Part shown: positions 18,646-27,352 of the stretch, in pieces
Layout of the letters: each line of letters starts with the position of its first letter
How positions within the stretch are numbered: position 1 is the first letter of the stretch
DNA from: Crocosphaera sp.
GTDB taxonomy: Bacteria > Cyanobacteriota > Cyanobacteriia > Cyanobacteriales > Microcystaceae
DNA: 31,401 nucleotides
Direction: 5' to 3'
Assembly: GCA_051439445.1 (NCBI GenBank)
Contig: JBFRWG010000063.1
Coordinates: 1-31,401, forward strand
Position numbers and translations under genes: made by a program
Notes under the pieces: generated by a model
What the model was told of the DNA's origin: nothing
The model's database searches: none
What the model saw: the letters and a program-made list of their open reading frames with translations, nothing else

Positions 18646-19704
18646 TTAAGCCAAAGCAACAGCAGCTTTTGGCCAACGGTTTAAGGTTGTGCCAACGATT
18701 GATAATTCTTGCATCACACGATCAAAGTTATCCGGTGTCAAAGACTGAGGGCCATCAGATAGCGCTTTAGCGGGGTTAGGATGAACTTCAATCATTAACG
18801 AGTCCGTTCCGGCTGCGATCGCTGCTGCGGCCATAGCAGGAACATATTCTGATTTTCCGGTTCCATGACTGGGATCGATCATGATGGGTAAATGGGTCAA
18901 GGAGCGAAGCACGGGTAACACTGATAAGTCTACGGTATTACGAGTATATTTCCCGTCAAAGGTACGAATACCCCTTTCACAGAGAATCACATTGGGGTTT
19001 CCTGATGCCAAAACGTATTCAGCTGCCATCAACCATTCATCGATGGTAGCTGACATTCCTCGTTTGAGGAGAACAGGTTTATCTTGTGCGCCAACTTTTT
19101 TCAGGAGGGCAAAGTTTTGCATATTTCTCGCCCCAACTTGTACCACGTCAGCAACTTCCCCAATTTTATCTAAGTCGGCTGCATCCATGACTTCTGTGAT
19201 AATACCTAACCCACTAGCTTCTCTGGCTGCAGCTAAGAGTTCTAAAGCACTTTCGCCGTGGCCTTGGAAGGAGTAAGGAGAAGTCCGAGGTTTGTAGGCA
19301 CCTCCTCGTAAAAATTTTGCCCCTGCTGCTTTAACCCGTTTAGCGGTTTCGACGATCATTGCCTCATTTTCCACTGAGCAAGGCCCGGCTACCACAGCAA
19401 CGGGATGATGTTTACCCACTGCTACCGGTCCATCTGGGGTATTAACGATGACCTCACTGTATTCTCCGTGACGGTATTCTAAACTAGCCCGTTTGAAGGG
19501 TTTTTCTACCCGTAACACAGTTTCGATCCAAGGGCTAATTTCTTGTATTTGCAGGGGATCAAGGGAAGCCGTTTCCCCAACTAACCCGATCACGACTTTG
19601 TGTTTACCGACGATTTTCTCAGGATTCAAGCCCCAACCTTCAAATTCTTGGCCAATGCGTTGAATTTCCTCGGCAGGTGAACCAACTTTCATCACGACGA
19701 TCAT
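18646..19704 (-). CDS. aroF: 3-deoxy-7-phosphoheptulonate synthase with N-terminal ferredoxin-like domain
   Basis: 352 aa with VAVVAGPCSVENEAMI, FLRGGAYKPRTSPYSFQG, PVLLKRGMSATIDEWLMAAEYV and PIMIDPSHGTGK. Confidence 0.95.
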   Translation of the reverse strand: MIVVMKVGSPAEEIQRIGQEFEGWGLNPEKIVGKHKVVIGLVGETASLDPLQIQEISPWIETVLRVEKPFKRASLEYRHGEYSEVIVNTPDGPVAVGKHHPVAVVAGPCSVENEAMIVETAKRVKAAGAKFLRGGAYKPRTSPYSFQGHGESALELLAAAREASGLGIITEVMDAADLDKIGEVADVVQVGARNMQNFALLKKVGAQDKPVLLKRGMSATIDEWLMAAEYVLASGNPNVILCERGIRTFDGKYTRNTVDLSVLPVLRSLTHLPIMIDPSHGTGKSEYVPAMAAAAIAAGTDSLMIEVHPNPAKALSDGPQSLTPDNFDRVMQELSIVGTTLNRWPKAAVALA

Positions 19705-20065
19705 AATTTTTTCCTCTAGGGTTAATGATAGGTGCTTGTTTGGATTTTATGCGTTTTGTTTCGGTTGACGTTTAGATTAGAAACAGCAGTGGATCATCCT
19801 TGGCATTTTTCCCCTTGCCTGTACTGAACTTGTGGGAAAGAAAACAACTAATAGGTACATTTCTATGGGGTAAGCCATTCTATCTTCATGGTGACATCCT
19901 CATACCTAGTCCGCTTCCATCAGGGTTTCCCTAACTAACGACAAAGTATTGGGATATCATTCCCGTTGAGACGAGGTTTCGTCACTTATATAGAACACAT
20001 TGGTAAAAACAATGAAACATCTCCCATTGTCCCCCGACAGAACGACTAATCAGGAATTTTCGTTT

Positions 20066-20090
20066 CCCAGAGTACCTGGGGATTTTTATT
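20066..20090 (+). terminator. Candidate intrinsic terminator in an orphan intergenic region
   Basis: CCCAG (20066-20070) / CTGGG (20076-20080) followed by GATTTTTATT. Confidence 0.4.
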
Positions 20091-20093
20091 CAT

Positions 20094-20126
20094 TGTCTAG
20101 TTATCAAGGTGATTGAGAACTAGACA
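20094..20126. other. Compound hairpin, candidate structured RNA element
   Basis: TGTCTAGTT (20094-20102) pairs perfectly with AACTAGACA (20118-20126). The inner ATCA (20103-20106) pairs with TGAT (20110-20113). Confidence 0.45.
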
Positions 20127-20422
20127 CTCGGTATCTGATTTATGCAATTTTTATCGTATTTCCCAAGTTCTCGAGGTCCCGTCTTATGACTGTCTTTCAC
20201 TCTCATCTTGGATGGATACACTCCAATTCGGGCTGCAATTCACTATTCTTTCCTCACCACCACACCCATCTTATCACAAAACCTCTTACCCGTCTCTCAT
20301 CCTCGATTGAGGAACGAAAACCTCACTCCGTGATTGATTGGTAAGGATTCTTGACAGTTTTAAGGAAAGCATTATCTCCATAACTCCTTAAATTTCCCCC
20401 CACTAGCCCCAAAATATTTGAT

Positions 20423-21079
20423 TTACTGAGGAGGAGTCTCAGAAGAAGGTTCTTCAGACGGCGTTGTTTCCGTAGGAGGTGGGGATAAGTCAGGTTCTGG
20501 TTCTGTGATTTCAGGACTAGGAATGAAAAATAGTGCAAACGCAGCCACAACCAAACTAGCAATCCCTAACGTAGCAGGAACCGCTCGCTGTGCCAAGGGT
20601 TCATCTGGGGGACGATAACGACGGGAAATCGGTTGCAATTGTAGGGTTAGGTCTGGTAAGGTGCGACTATCAGCAAAAAACTGATCAATGCTTTCTACTA
20701 AATCAAATAATTGAATGGTTGTTAAGAGAATTTCTACCGATTTTTCGCTTTGGGTGCCAGGATACCAAGTTAGGCGATGAAGATGTTCATCGGCAACCCT
20801 CTCTAGATTAATTTTATCTTCTTCCGCTTGACCATAAACAGGATGGGGAATGCCACTGAGATACCCTTGAGTATATTCACTCACTGTTTTTGCCAAATTC
20901 TCCAGCAAATCACGACCCCCTTGTAATTTTTCCTCAATCCCCATAAATTGACATTGAACATTGACCAAAATGGAAAGGACAGGACGAGGATCGCTGGTAT
21001 CACTGGGAGATAGACTATTACTCAATCCTTCTAAGAGTAATGTGCAATTCGGTAAACTATATTTACGTTGAATATTCAC
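20423..21079 (-). CDS. DUF4335-type cyanobacterial protein with C-terminal TM segment and acidic/proline tail
   Basis: 218 aa, MNIQRKYSLPNCTLLLEGLSN..., TM segment near the C-terminus, directly downstream of a DUF3038-like ORF. Confidence 0.75.
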   Translation of the reverse strand: MNIQRKYSLPNCTLLLEGLSNSLSPSDTSDPRPVLSILVNVQCQFMGIEEKLQGGRDLLENLAKTVSEYTQGYLSGIPHPVYGQAEEDKINLERVADEHLHRLTWYPGTQSEKSVEILLTTIQLFDLVESIDQFFADSRTLPDLTLQLQPISRRYRPPDEPLAQRAVPATLGIASLVVAAFALFFIPSPEITEPEPDLSPPPTETTPSEEPSSETPPQ

Positions 21080-21684
21080 GCAACCTCCCCATCAAATAAA
21101 CTAATCCAAAACCTTTGCAAACCAGTGGTTCCTGTACAGAATAATAGCTGTTTGAGTAATAACAAAGCCAGTTCATTTAACTCTTCTTCCGATGCGAGAT
21201 AAACAGAAACCTTAGCACGACGAGGGTTCATGCGACTACGAAAATGGGCGCGAAATTGATCTAAATACTCAGCTAAAAGAAAGTGACAAGTTACTGGTAA
21301 ACCCTTCTCGCGCATTTGCTGTTCTGCCAGCAATAATTGACGAATTTGTATGGTTAAGGGTTTGACACGATAATTGGCAATGATAACCAAGGCTTTCGCT
21401 TGCTCAATCGTTAAAGTATCACGGGTGTAAGCCCGTCGCCAAGGATTACTCGAACGGAGTCGCCACAGTGCAATACGGTTTTTGATGATGTCCTGAAGAT
21501 TGAAGTGTTTCACCGTTGTTAACATCTTCTCTGAAGCCCCTAATTCCAGGGCCTCAAGAGCTAATAATAAAAGATCGATGTGTTGTTGAAGGCGAGCAGC
21601 ACATCGTTGTCCAGAAATCGTAAAATCTGGCAAAACATCTAAAACAATTGGTTTTGACTCAACAGAAGGATTGAAATCGGACAT
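21076..21684 (-). CDS. DUF3038-type cyanobacterial protein
   Basis: 202 aa, ...LDVLPDFTISGQRCAARLQQHIDLLLLALEALELGASEKML...; overlaps the downstream DUF4335 ORF by 4 nt (ATGA-type coupling). Confidence 0.78.
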   Translation of the reverse strand: MSDFNPSVESKPIVLDVLPDFTISGQRCAARLQQHIDLLLLALEALELGASEKMLTTVKHFNLQDIIKNRIALWRLRSSNPWRRAYTRDTLTIEQAKALVIIANYRVKPLTIQIRQLLLAEQQMREKGLPVTCHFLLAEYLDQFRAHFRSRMNPRRAKVSVYLASEEELNELALLLLKQLLFCTGTTGLQRFWISLFDGEVA

Positions 21685-21884
21685 TGTGCTTACCGAAAAA
21701 TAGGGTTTAAAGCCTCGCCTTTTTAGGGCGACTTTAGATTATAAAGGACTTATCTAAACCATAGCACTAGATATCATATCTCAAATTCAGGATAAGGGGG
21801 CATCTCAGTAGCGAGTAGGGCTTAATATTATTAAGCCCCGACAGAAGTGGTTTTTATTGGTCAAATGAATAACAAAATGCTCAT

Positions 21885-23066
21885 TTAACTTTGAGACAAT
21901 CTTTGTACTGATTCCCCTCCTAATAAGTCATGGGCTTCTACTAGAAAATCAGGAATTTTATCCCGATGGGGACTTTGAATTAAACATTGAGATAAATCCA
22001 ATTTTTCAACATTCTCTGCATTTTGCCCAGGAAACCAATGACCGCCATTTCCCAATAAATTATATCTCTTTTTTCCATATTCGATCATGTCGTAAGCCAG
22101 GGCTAAATTCCGTAGCCATAAAATTGTTTTAATATTAATCTTTCCTGGGGTTGTGTGATGTTCAGGTAAACCATGATGCCAAGTGGTAAACCAATCTTCT
22201 CCTAATACTTTTCTGGCTTCTTCTTCTAATCGAGTCACAATAGGCTCTAGAATCGTTTGGGGATCGTCAAATAAAGAAAGAGTCTTTAAATGCTCGTCAA
22301 AATCCCTAGGATTAGCAGCCCCTAAGCTGAGGGTATGGACTTGCGGATGGGATAAACAAAAAAGATTATTAAATACCATCGGACTTAAGGGTTGACATAA
22401 TTTTACTAATTTTTCAGGAGGATCATAAAGTTTTCCTCCTTTATCAGAAGGACTGATAATAAACACACCCATATCATGTTTATGGGCTGCCTCTATAGCT
22501 GGCCAATTTGTTTGATTAATGTAGTACCAATGGAGATTAACATAATCAAAACAATCCGTTTCTATGGTCTTTTTAATAATTTCTGTAGATCCATGAGTAG
22601 AAAATCCAATAAAACGAACTTTTCCTTGTTCTTGGAATTTTCTGGCTTCATCTAAACAGCCCCCTGGACGTAAACAATAGTCTAAAATTTCATCAGTATT
22701 AATTCCGTGAATTCCTAATAAATCAACATAATCCAACTGTAAAAACTTCAAAGATTTATTAAATTGACGACGGAATTCTTTTGCATCTTCTTTAGGTGAT
22801 ACTTTGGTTTGAATAATTAATTTTTCTCTAGGAAATTTCGGCAAAACCTTGCCCAACTGCATCTCGGATGTGCCATACCCCCTAGCCGTTTCGATGTGAT
22901 TAATTCCTACTTCTAAAGCTCGGTTAATGGTAGCTTCTAAATTCCGTTGATTCTCTCGAGGAATTTGCCAATGAGGAACATCTTTCCACTTATATTGATA
23001 ACGCATTCCGCCACAGGAAAACACTGGCATCTCTAATTCTGTACGACCAAATCTTCGATATTCCAT
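21885..23066 (-). CDS. Aldo/keto reductase family oxidoreductase
   Basis: 393 aa: MEYRRFGRTELEMPVFSCGGMRY, NHIETARGYGTSEMQLGKVL, QTKVSP, LDYVDLLGIHGI, GKVRFIGFSTHG. Confidence 0.92.
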   Translation of the reverse strand: MEYRRFGRTELEMPVFSCGGMRYQYKWKDVPHWQIPRENQRNLEATINRALEVGINHIETARGYGTSEMQLGKVLPKFPREKLIIQTKVSPKEDAKEFRRQFNKSLKFLQLDYVDLLGIHGINTDEILDYCLRPGGCLDEARKFQEQGKVRFIGFSTHGSTEIIKKTIETDCFDYVNLHWYYINQTNWPAIEAAHKHDMGVFIISPSDKGGKLYDPPEKLVKLCQPLSPMVFNNLFCLSHPQVHTLSLGAANPRDFDEHLKTLSLFDDPQTILEPIVTRLEEEARKVLGEDWFTTWHHGLPEHHTTPGKINIKTILWLRNLALAYDMIEYGKKRYNLLGNGGHWFPGQNAENVEKLDLSQCLIQSPHRDKIPDFLVEAHDLLGGESVQRLSQS

Positions 23067-23119
23067 AATAATTAATTGCTAATCCTTAAATAGTTGAATC
23101 TAGAATTTCGTTGATGTTT

Positions 23120-23743
23120 TTAAGCTTGAGCCGGTTGAGTAATTATTTCTAAAATACGTTGCTGATATTCATCTTTAAACAGAGAATCTACGCAAACCTG
23201 GGCCACTTTGGTGCGGGGAATACTTCCCTCAAACAGGGTATCTGCGGATGACACCAGAATTGGCTCTGAGTTATCCTCGTTCTTAAGGCCACCAGGACGG
23301 ACAATCGTGTATTTCAATCCACTATTTTCTAAATAAGTTTCCGCTTGTTTTTTCCAGTATAAAACTAACCAGAAAAGATTTAAGGGATGAAAAAATTGGG
23401 ACACACATAAAGAAGAAACAAGGACAAATTGCTCTATTCCTTGGTCTTTAGCAATATTAACTAAGTTTTTTGTCCCTTGATAGTCCACCTGATAAGGTCC
23501 GCTAGGATCAAGGCTAGGTCTGGCACCTGTAGCACACACCAATACGGTACAGTCCGCTACAGCTTTGGTTACACTGTCGAGATCCAGAACATCCCCTACT
23601 ACTAACTCGGCCTCAGGGGGTAATACTTGTTTCCCTGTCTCCAGATTACGAACCAATGCTCTAACGGCAACTTGACGATTGACCAATTCTCGGACAATTC
23701 GACGGCCCGTTTCTCCTGTTGCTCCTGCTACTAAGGCTTTCAT
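23120..23743 (-). CDS. NAD(P)-binding atypical SDR / NmrA-like protein
   Basis: 207 aa: KALVAGATGETGRRIVRELVNRQVAVRALVRN, then VLVCATGARPS. Confidence 0.9.
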   Translation of the reverse strand: MKALVAGATGETGRRIVRELVNRQVAVRALVRNLETGKQVLPPEAELVVGDVLDLDSVTKAVADCTVLVCATGARPSLDPSGPYQVDYQGTKNLVNIAKDQGIEQFVLVSSLCVSQFFHPLNLFWLVLYWKKQAETYLENSGLKYTIVRPGGLKNEDNSEPILVSSADTLFEGSIPRTKVAQVCVDSLFKDEYQQRILEIITQPAQA

Positions 23744-23889
23744 GGTTACACTCCTTGAACTTGATTTAAAATAAATGCTGTAACATTTCTTTATTGTATG
23801 AAGTTTCGTAACTTTCGTGAAATTTTAGGAGTTTGACCAGCTAAGACCAATCCCTAAATCCCTGTCAACTAACTTTTTAAGCAATCATC

Positions 23890-24636
23890 ATGCAATGTCA
23901 ATGGCTCAATAATCATCCTCAGAAGCTATCTAAGGTATCCGTTACCCATCTTGAACCTGAGCAGCTATCAGAACTCACAGAAAGCAATCCAGTGCATTTT
24001 AAGACCCAATTTGTGGGCTATATGGAAATGTATAGTGATACTGAAACAGTGGCTAATTATCTCAATGCTCATCAAGGTTGGTTTTGTCGTTGTGCTGCCC
24101 CCATGCAAACAGAACCCATTGGCGACAATGGTTATGTTTTAAGAGTGGGACGGTTTGGTTCTTTTGGTTACGAAGTTGAACCAAAATTAGCTGTTGTTAT
24201 TGAACCTCCGGTCAATGGGGTTTATTGGATGCACAGTATTCCTATTCCTAATGAACCCTATTTGGGTTATGAGGTTGATTATGAAGCTTCGATGACCATT
24301 AAAGAAATATCCCCTAAATTAGGGGATAAAGCCCTAGAAAAAGCCTTTAAAAAACACAAGTGTTCTAACATACCTCAAAAAATCACAAAAGTTGAATGGC
24401 ATTTGGCCATGGATGTGGCGGTTCAGTTTCCTCCATTTATCCGTAAGTTGCCCCTGTCTATGATTCAAAAAACAGGCGATCGCTTGTTAACTCAAATCGT
24501 TCGTCAGATTTCTCCTCGCTTAACCTACAAAGTTCAGCAAGATTTTCATAGTGGACAAAATCTCCCTATCCCTCCCAAAAGTAGCCGTCATTTGGAGAAA
24601 ATTGACCTATCCCTTCACCAGGAAGAAGCTGCATAG
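23890..24636 (+). CDS. DUF1997 family protein
   Basis: 248 aa: YMEMYSDTETVANYLNAHQGWFCRCAAPMQTEPIGDNGYVLRVGRFGSFGYEVEPKLAVVI. Confidence 0.8.
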   Translation: MQCQWLNNHPQKLSKVSVTHLEPEQLSELTESNPVHFKTQFVGYMEMYSDTETVANYLNAHQGWFCRCAAPMQTEPIGDNGYVLRVGRFGSFGYEVEPKLAVVIEPPVNGVYWMHSIPIPNEPYLGYEVDYEASMTIKEISPKLGDKALEKAFKKHKCSNIPQKITKVEWHLAMDVAVQFPPFIRKLPLSMIQKTGDRLLTQIVRQISPRLTYKVQQDFHSGQNLPIPPKSSRHLEKIDLSLHQEEAA

Positions 24637-24792
24637 TCTTATCAAATCACCAGAATGGGGGCTGTAACAAAAGTTTATATATTTTTGTAACATTACTTAA
24701 AAAAAAAGAAACCATCCCAGGTATTATGGACTATGGATTTTTTAACCTCGCTGTCCTTAAATATTAATCATTGGCTAAATTTAGGAGAAAAC

Positions 24793-24912
24793 ATGGAGTT
24801 ATTAGCTGCACTCAATTTAGAACCGATTTTTCAATTAACCTTTGTTGGGTTGATCGTCATTGCAGGTCCGATCGTCATTGCTCTGTTAGCGTTTCGAGGG
24901 GGTGATCTCTAA
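24793..24912 (+). CDS. psb30: Photosystem II subunit Psb30 / Ycf12
   Basis: 39 aa ORF missing from the supplied track: [39 protein letters not shown]. It matches the Ycf12 pattern (LIVxAGPxVIALLxxRGGxL) with SD-like AGGAG upstream. Confidence 0.85.
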   Translation: MELLAALNLEPIFQLTFVGLIVIAGPIVIALLAFRGGDL

Positions 24913-25088
24913 AGGACAGAAAAATTCAATTTTTTGTCCCTTACTCATACCTTCCTAGTCTTAGGGAGGTATGTTTTTGAATTGAGAATTAAGAAATAAA
25001 ATTAAAGAAATTTTTAAGAGAGATTAAAGTAGTAATTATTTATAATAAATATCAAGAAATAAAGAATAATCGCCACAGGAAACTATCA

Positions 25089-25748
25089 ATGAGCAGTGAT
25101 CACAGTGCTGAATTGCCCCTTTGGGTACAAGATCGCAATACGGTCTTAGATCATGATAAAGGAGTTAAATGGCGAAATGGAGAAAAGCCAGACTATTCCC
25201 ATACAGACCAATTTTTACACAAAGAAAGCAAGTACAATCACCCCCCAGGATCATTAGAGGCGATCGCCCAAAATTTAGTGAGAACCTTTGAAATGGAAGC
25301 GTCTCATAAAACTGATCCTCAACAATGGTTATCCATTGTTGCTGATAAGTTTCAAATGAGTAGTAATGGCGGCCCTATGTATAGCGCACAAGATGTAAGT
25401 GATCAAGGCACTTATAATCTTTTTATTGATAAAACCCCAGGTTATGATCCCACCGCAGAAGATTTTCAATCCTCGTTTGAATTGTTTCATAAAGCTTTTC
25501 CCAATGGTTTCTTATGGGAACTAATTGAGGTGTTATCTGGACCGCCAAATGTGACGTTTAAATGGCGACATTGGGGAACCTTTAGCGGCCCATATAAAGA
25601 CTATCAACCCACGGGAGAAACCATTGAAATTAGGGGTATGAGTATTGCTAAAGTCACAGATAATCTAAAAATCATCTCAGTTGAGCATTATTTTGACAAT
25701 AGTACCTTTCTTAAAAAGTTGACCTCTGGTTGTCCTTTTCATCAATAG
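25089..25748 (+). CDS. SnoaL-like / plant pathogen-related-protein-like conserved protein
   Basis: 219 aa: SLEAIAQNLVRTFEMEASHKTDPQQW...FKWRHWGTFSGPYKDYQPTGETIEIRGMSIAKVTDNLKIISVEHYFD. The hydrophobic/aromatic pattern matches the SnoaL-like fold. Confidence 0.65.
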   Translation: MSSDHSAELPLWVQDRNTVLDHDKGVKWRNGEKPDYSHTDQFLHKESKYNHPPGSLEAIAQNLVRTFEMEASHKTDPQQWLSIVADKFQMSSNGGPMYSAQDVSDQGTYNLFIDKTPGYDPTAEDFQSSFELFHKAFPNGFLWELIEVLSGPPNVTFKWRHWGTFSGPYKDYQPTGETIEIRGMSIAKVTDNLKIISVEHYFDNSTFLKKLTSGCPFHQ

Positions 25749-25807
25749 TTGAATGGTTTATGACAATACTGTGTAGGTTTTGCTTGGAAACCACTTGATC
25801 AAGGTAG

Positions 25808-25882
25808 TTGAGAATGAAGAATGTAGAGTGAGCAGAAAAATTAATTCTATATTCTACATTACTCAATATTTTTCATTCTCAA
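25808..25882. repeat. 75-nt imperfect inverted repeat upstream of dnaE-C
   Basis: TTGAGAATGAA (25808-25818) / TTCATTCTCAA (25872-25882), 11 bp; AATGTAGA (25820-25827) / TCTACATT (25853-25860), 8 bp. Confidence 0.7.
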
Positions 25883-25962
25883 TTTTTGCTGCTTCCGGCC
25901 CTTCTTTCTAGTTTAGCAAGGTAATATAATCAATATATAAGTCACAACTTTCAATACAAGAT

Positions 25963-26070
25963 ATGGTTAAAATTATTCGTCGTCAATCCCTAGGAACACG
26001 GGATGTCTATGACATTGGAGTGGCCAAAGATCATAACTTTTTACTAGAAAATGGACTAATTGCCTCTAAC
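25963..26070 (+). other. DnaE split intein C-terminal fragment (Int-C)
   Basis: MVKIIRRQSLGTRDVYDIGVAKDHNFLLENGLIASN followed by Cys+1 at 26071; the terminal SN|C junction and YDIGVxxDHNFLLxNGxIASN match the cyanobacterial DnaE Int-C. Confidence 0.97.
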
Positions 26071-27321
26071 TGTTTTAATAAATCCCATTCTACTGCTTAT
26101 GCTTATGTCACTTATCAAACAGCTTATTTAAAAGCCAATTATCCTGTGGAATATATGACAGCATTACTAACAGCTAGTAGTGATAGTCAAGATAAAGTGG
26201 AAAAATATCGGGAAAACTGTCAAAAAATGGGTATTGATGTTTTACCCCCTGATATCAATCATTCTCAAAAAGATTTTACACCCATTGGTAAACAAATTTT
26301 GTTTGGTTTATCGGCAGTTAGAAACTTAGGAGAAGGTGCAATTGATACCATTTTAAAGGCCCGTGAAGAAGCAGAAGGAGCGTTTAAATCCCTAGCGGAT
26401 TTTTGCTCTTATGTTGATTTACGATCTGTTAATAAAAGGGCTTTAGAAACCTTAATTTATTCCGGCGCATTTGATTCCATTGACCCTAATCGAAAACAAC
26501 TGATTAATGATTTAGAATTAGTCATTGCCTGGTCCCAAAAACGGGCAAAAGAGAAAGAAAGTGGCCAACTCAATTTGTTTGATTTAATGAGTGGACAAAC
26601 CGAGGAAACAACCGCATCAAATACGGATTTTCAACACGCACCTCGTTCTTCCCCTGTAGAAGATTATTCATTACAAGATAAACTAAAATTAGAAAAAGAA
26701 CATCTAGGATTTTATGTTTCTGAACATCCCTTAACAGCTATCAAAAAAGCTGCAAAAATTTTATCCCCTATTAACTTAAATGAAATAGCAGAACAAAAAG
26801 CCAAAACAAAAGTAAGTGCTGTCATTATGGTTAATGAAGTTAAACAATACATAACTAAAAAAGGCGATCAGATGGCTTTTTTGGTTTTAGAAGATGGTTC
26901 AGCCCAAGTAGAAGGGGTTTGTTTTCCTGAAAGTTATAAAAGAATTCGAGAGATTTTAACAGAAGATTCTCGTCTTATTGTTTGGGGAAAAATTGACTAT
27001 CGAGATGATAAAGTACAGTTGATTGTAGATGATGCTGAACCGGTAGAAACTGTGAGAATGGTGATGGTAAATTTAAGTTTTGAACAAGCAGTCAACCAAG
27101 TTGCTTATCATAGTTTGAAGGGAATTCTTCAACAATATTCTGGGGATAAAAATCAAGGTAAAATACCGGTAATTGCCATTATTGGTAATGGACAAAATCG
27201 GCAATTAATTCGTTTAGGTCAAGATTATTGGGTACGGAATGAAACCTCTGTTATTCAAGCTCTTAAAAAAGCGAATTTTAATGCTTATCCCACCCCTTTG
27301 GTGAGTGATTTATCATCATAA
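25963..27321 (+). CDS. dnaE: DNA polymerase III alpha subunit, C-terminal half, translated with N-terminal split-intein fragment
   Basis: 452 aa. Begins with the 36 aa intein C-fragment, then extein CFNKSHSTAYAYVTYQTAYLKANYPVEYMTALL and later OB-fold-like segments. Confidence 0.97.
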   Translation: MVKIIRRQSLGTRDVYDIGVAKDHNFLLENGLIASNCFNKSHSTAYAYVTYQTAYLKANYPVEYMTALLTASSDSQDKVEKYRENCQKMGIDVLPPDINHSQKDFTPIGKQILFGLSAVRNLGEGAIDTILKAREEAEGAFKSLADFCSYVDLRSVNKRALETLIYSGAFDSIDPNRKQLINDLELVIAWSQKRAKEKESGQLNLFDLMSGQTEETTASNTDFQHAPRSSPVEDYSLQDKLKLEKEHLGFYVSEHPLTAIKKAAKILSPINLNEIAEQKAKTKVSAVIMVNEVKQYITKKGDQMAFLVLEDGSAQVEGVCFPESYKRIREILTEDSRLIVWGKIDYRDDKVQLIVDDAEPVETVRMVMVNLSFEQAVNQVAYHSLKGILQQYSGDKNQGKIPVIAIIGNGQNRQLIRLGQDYWVRNETSVIQALKKANFNAYPTPLVSDLSS

Positions 27322-27352
27322 ACTGTTCATTATCAATGGTTAAAAATAACTC

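Noticed and set aside
18881-19276. 131-aa + strand ORF
   Set aside because: Antisense to aroF, which is strongly supported by conserved motifs.
20113-20310. 65-aa + strand ORF in the orphan gap
   Set aside because: Low-complexity Ser/Pro/Leu composition and no clear ribosome-binding site; the region is better explained as noncoding.
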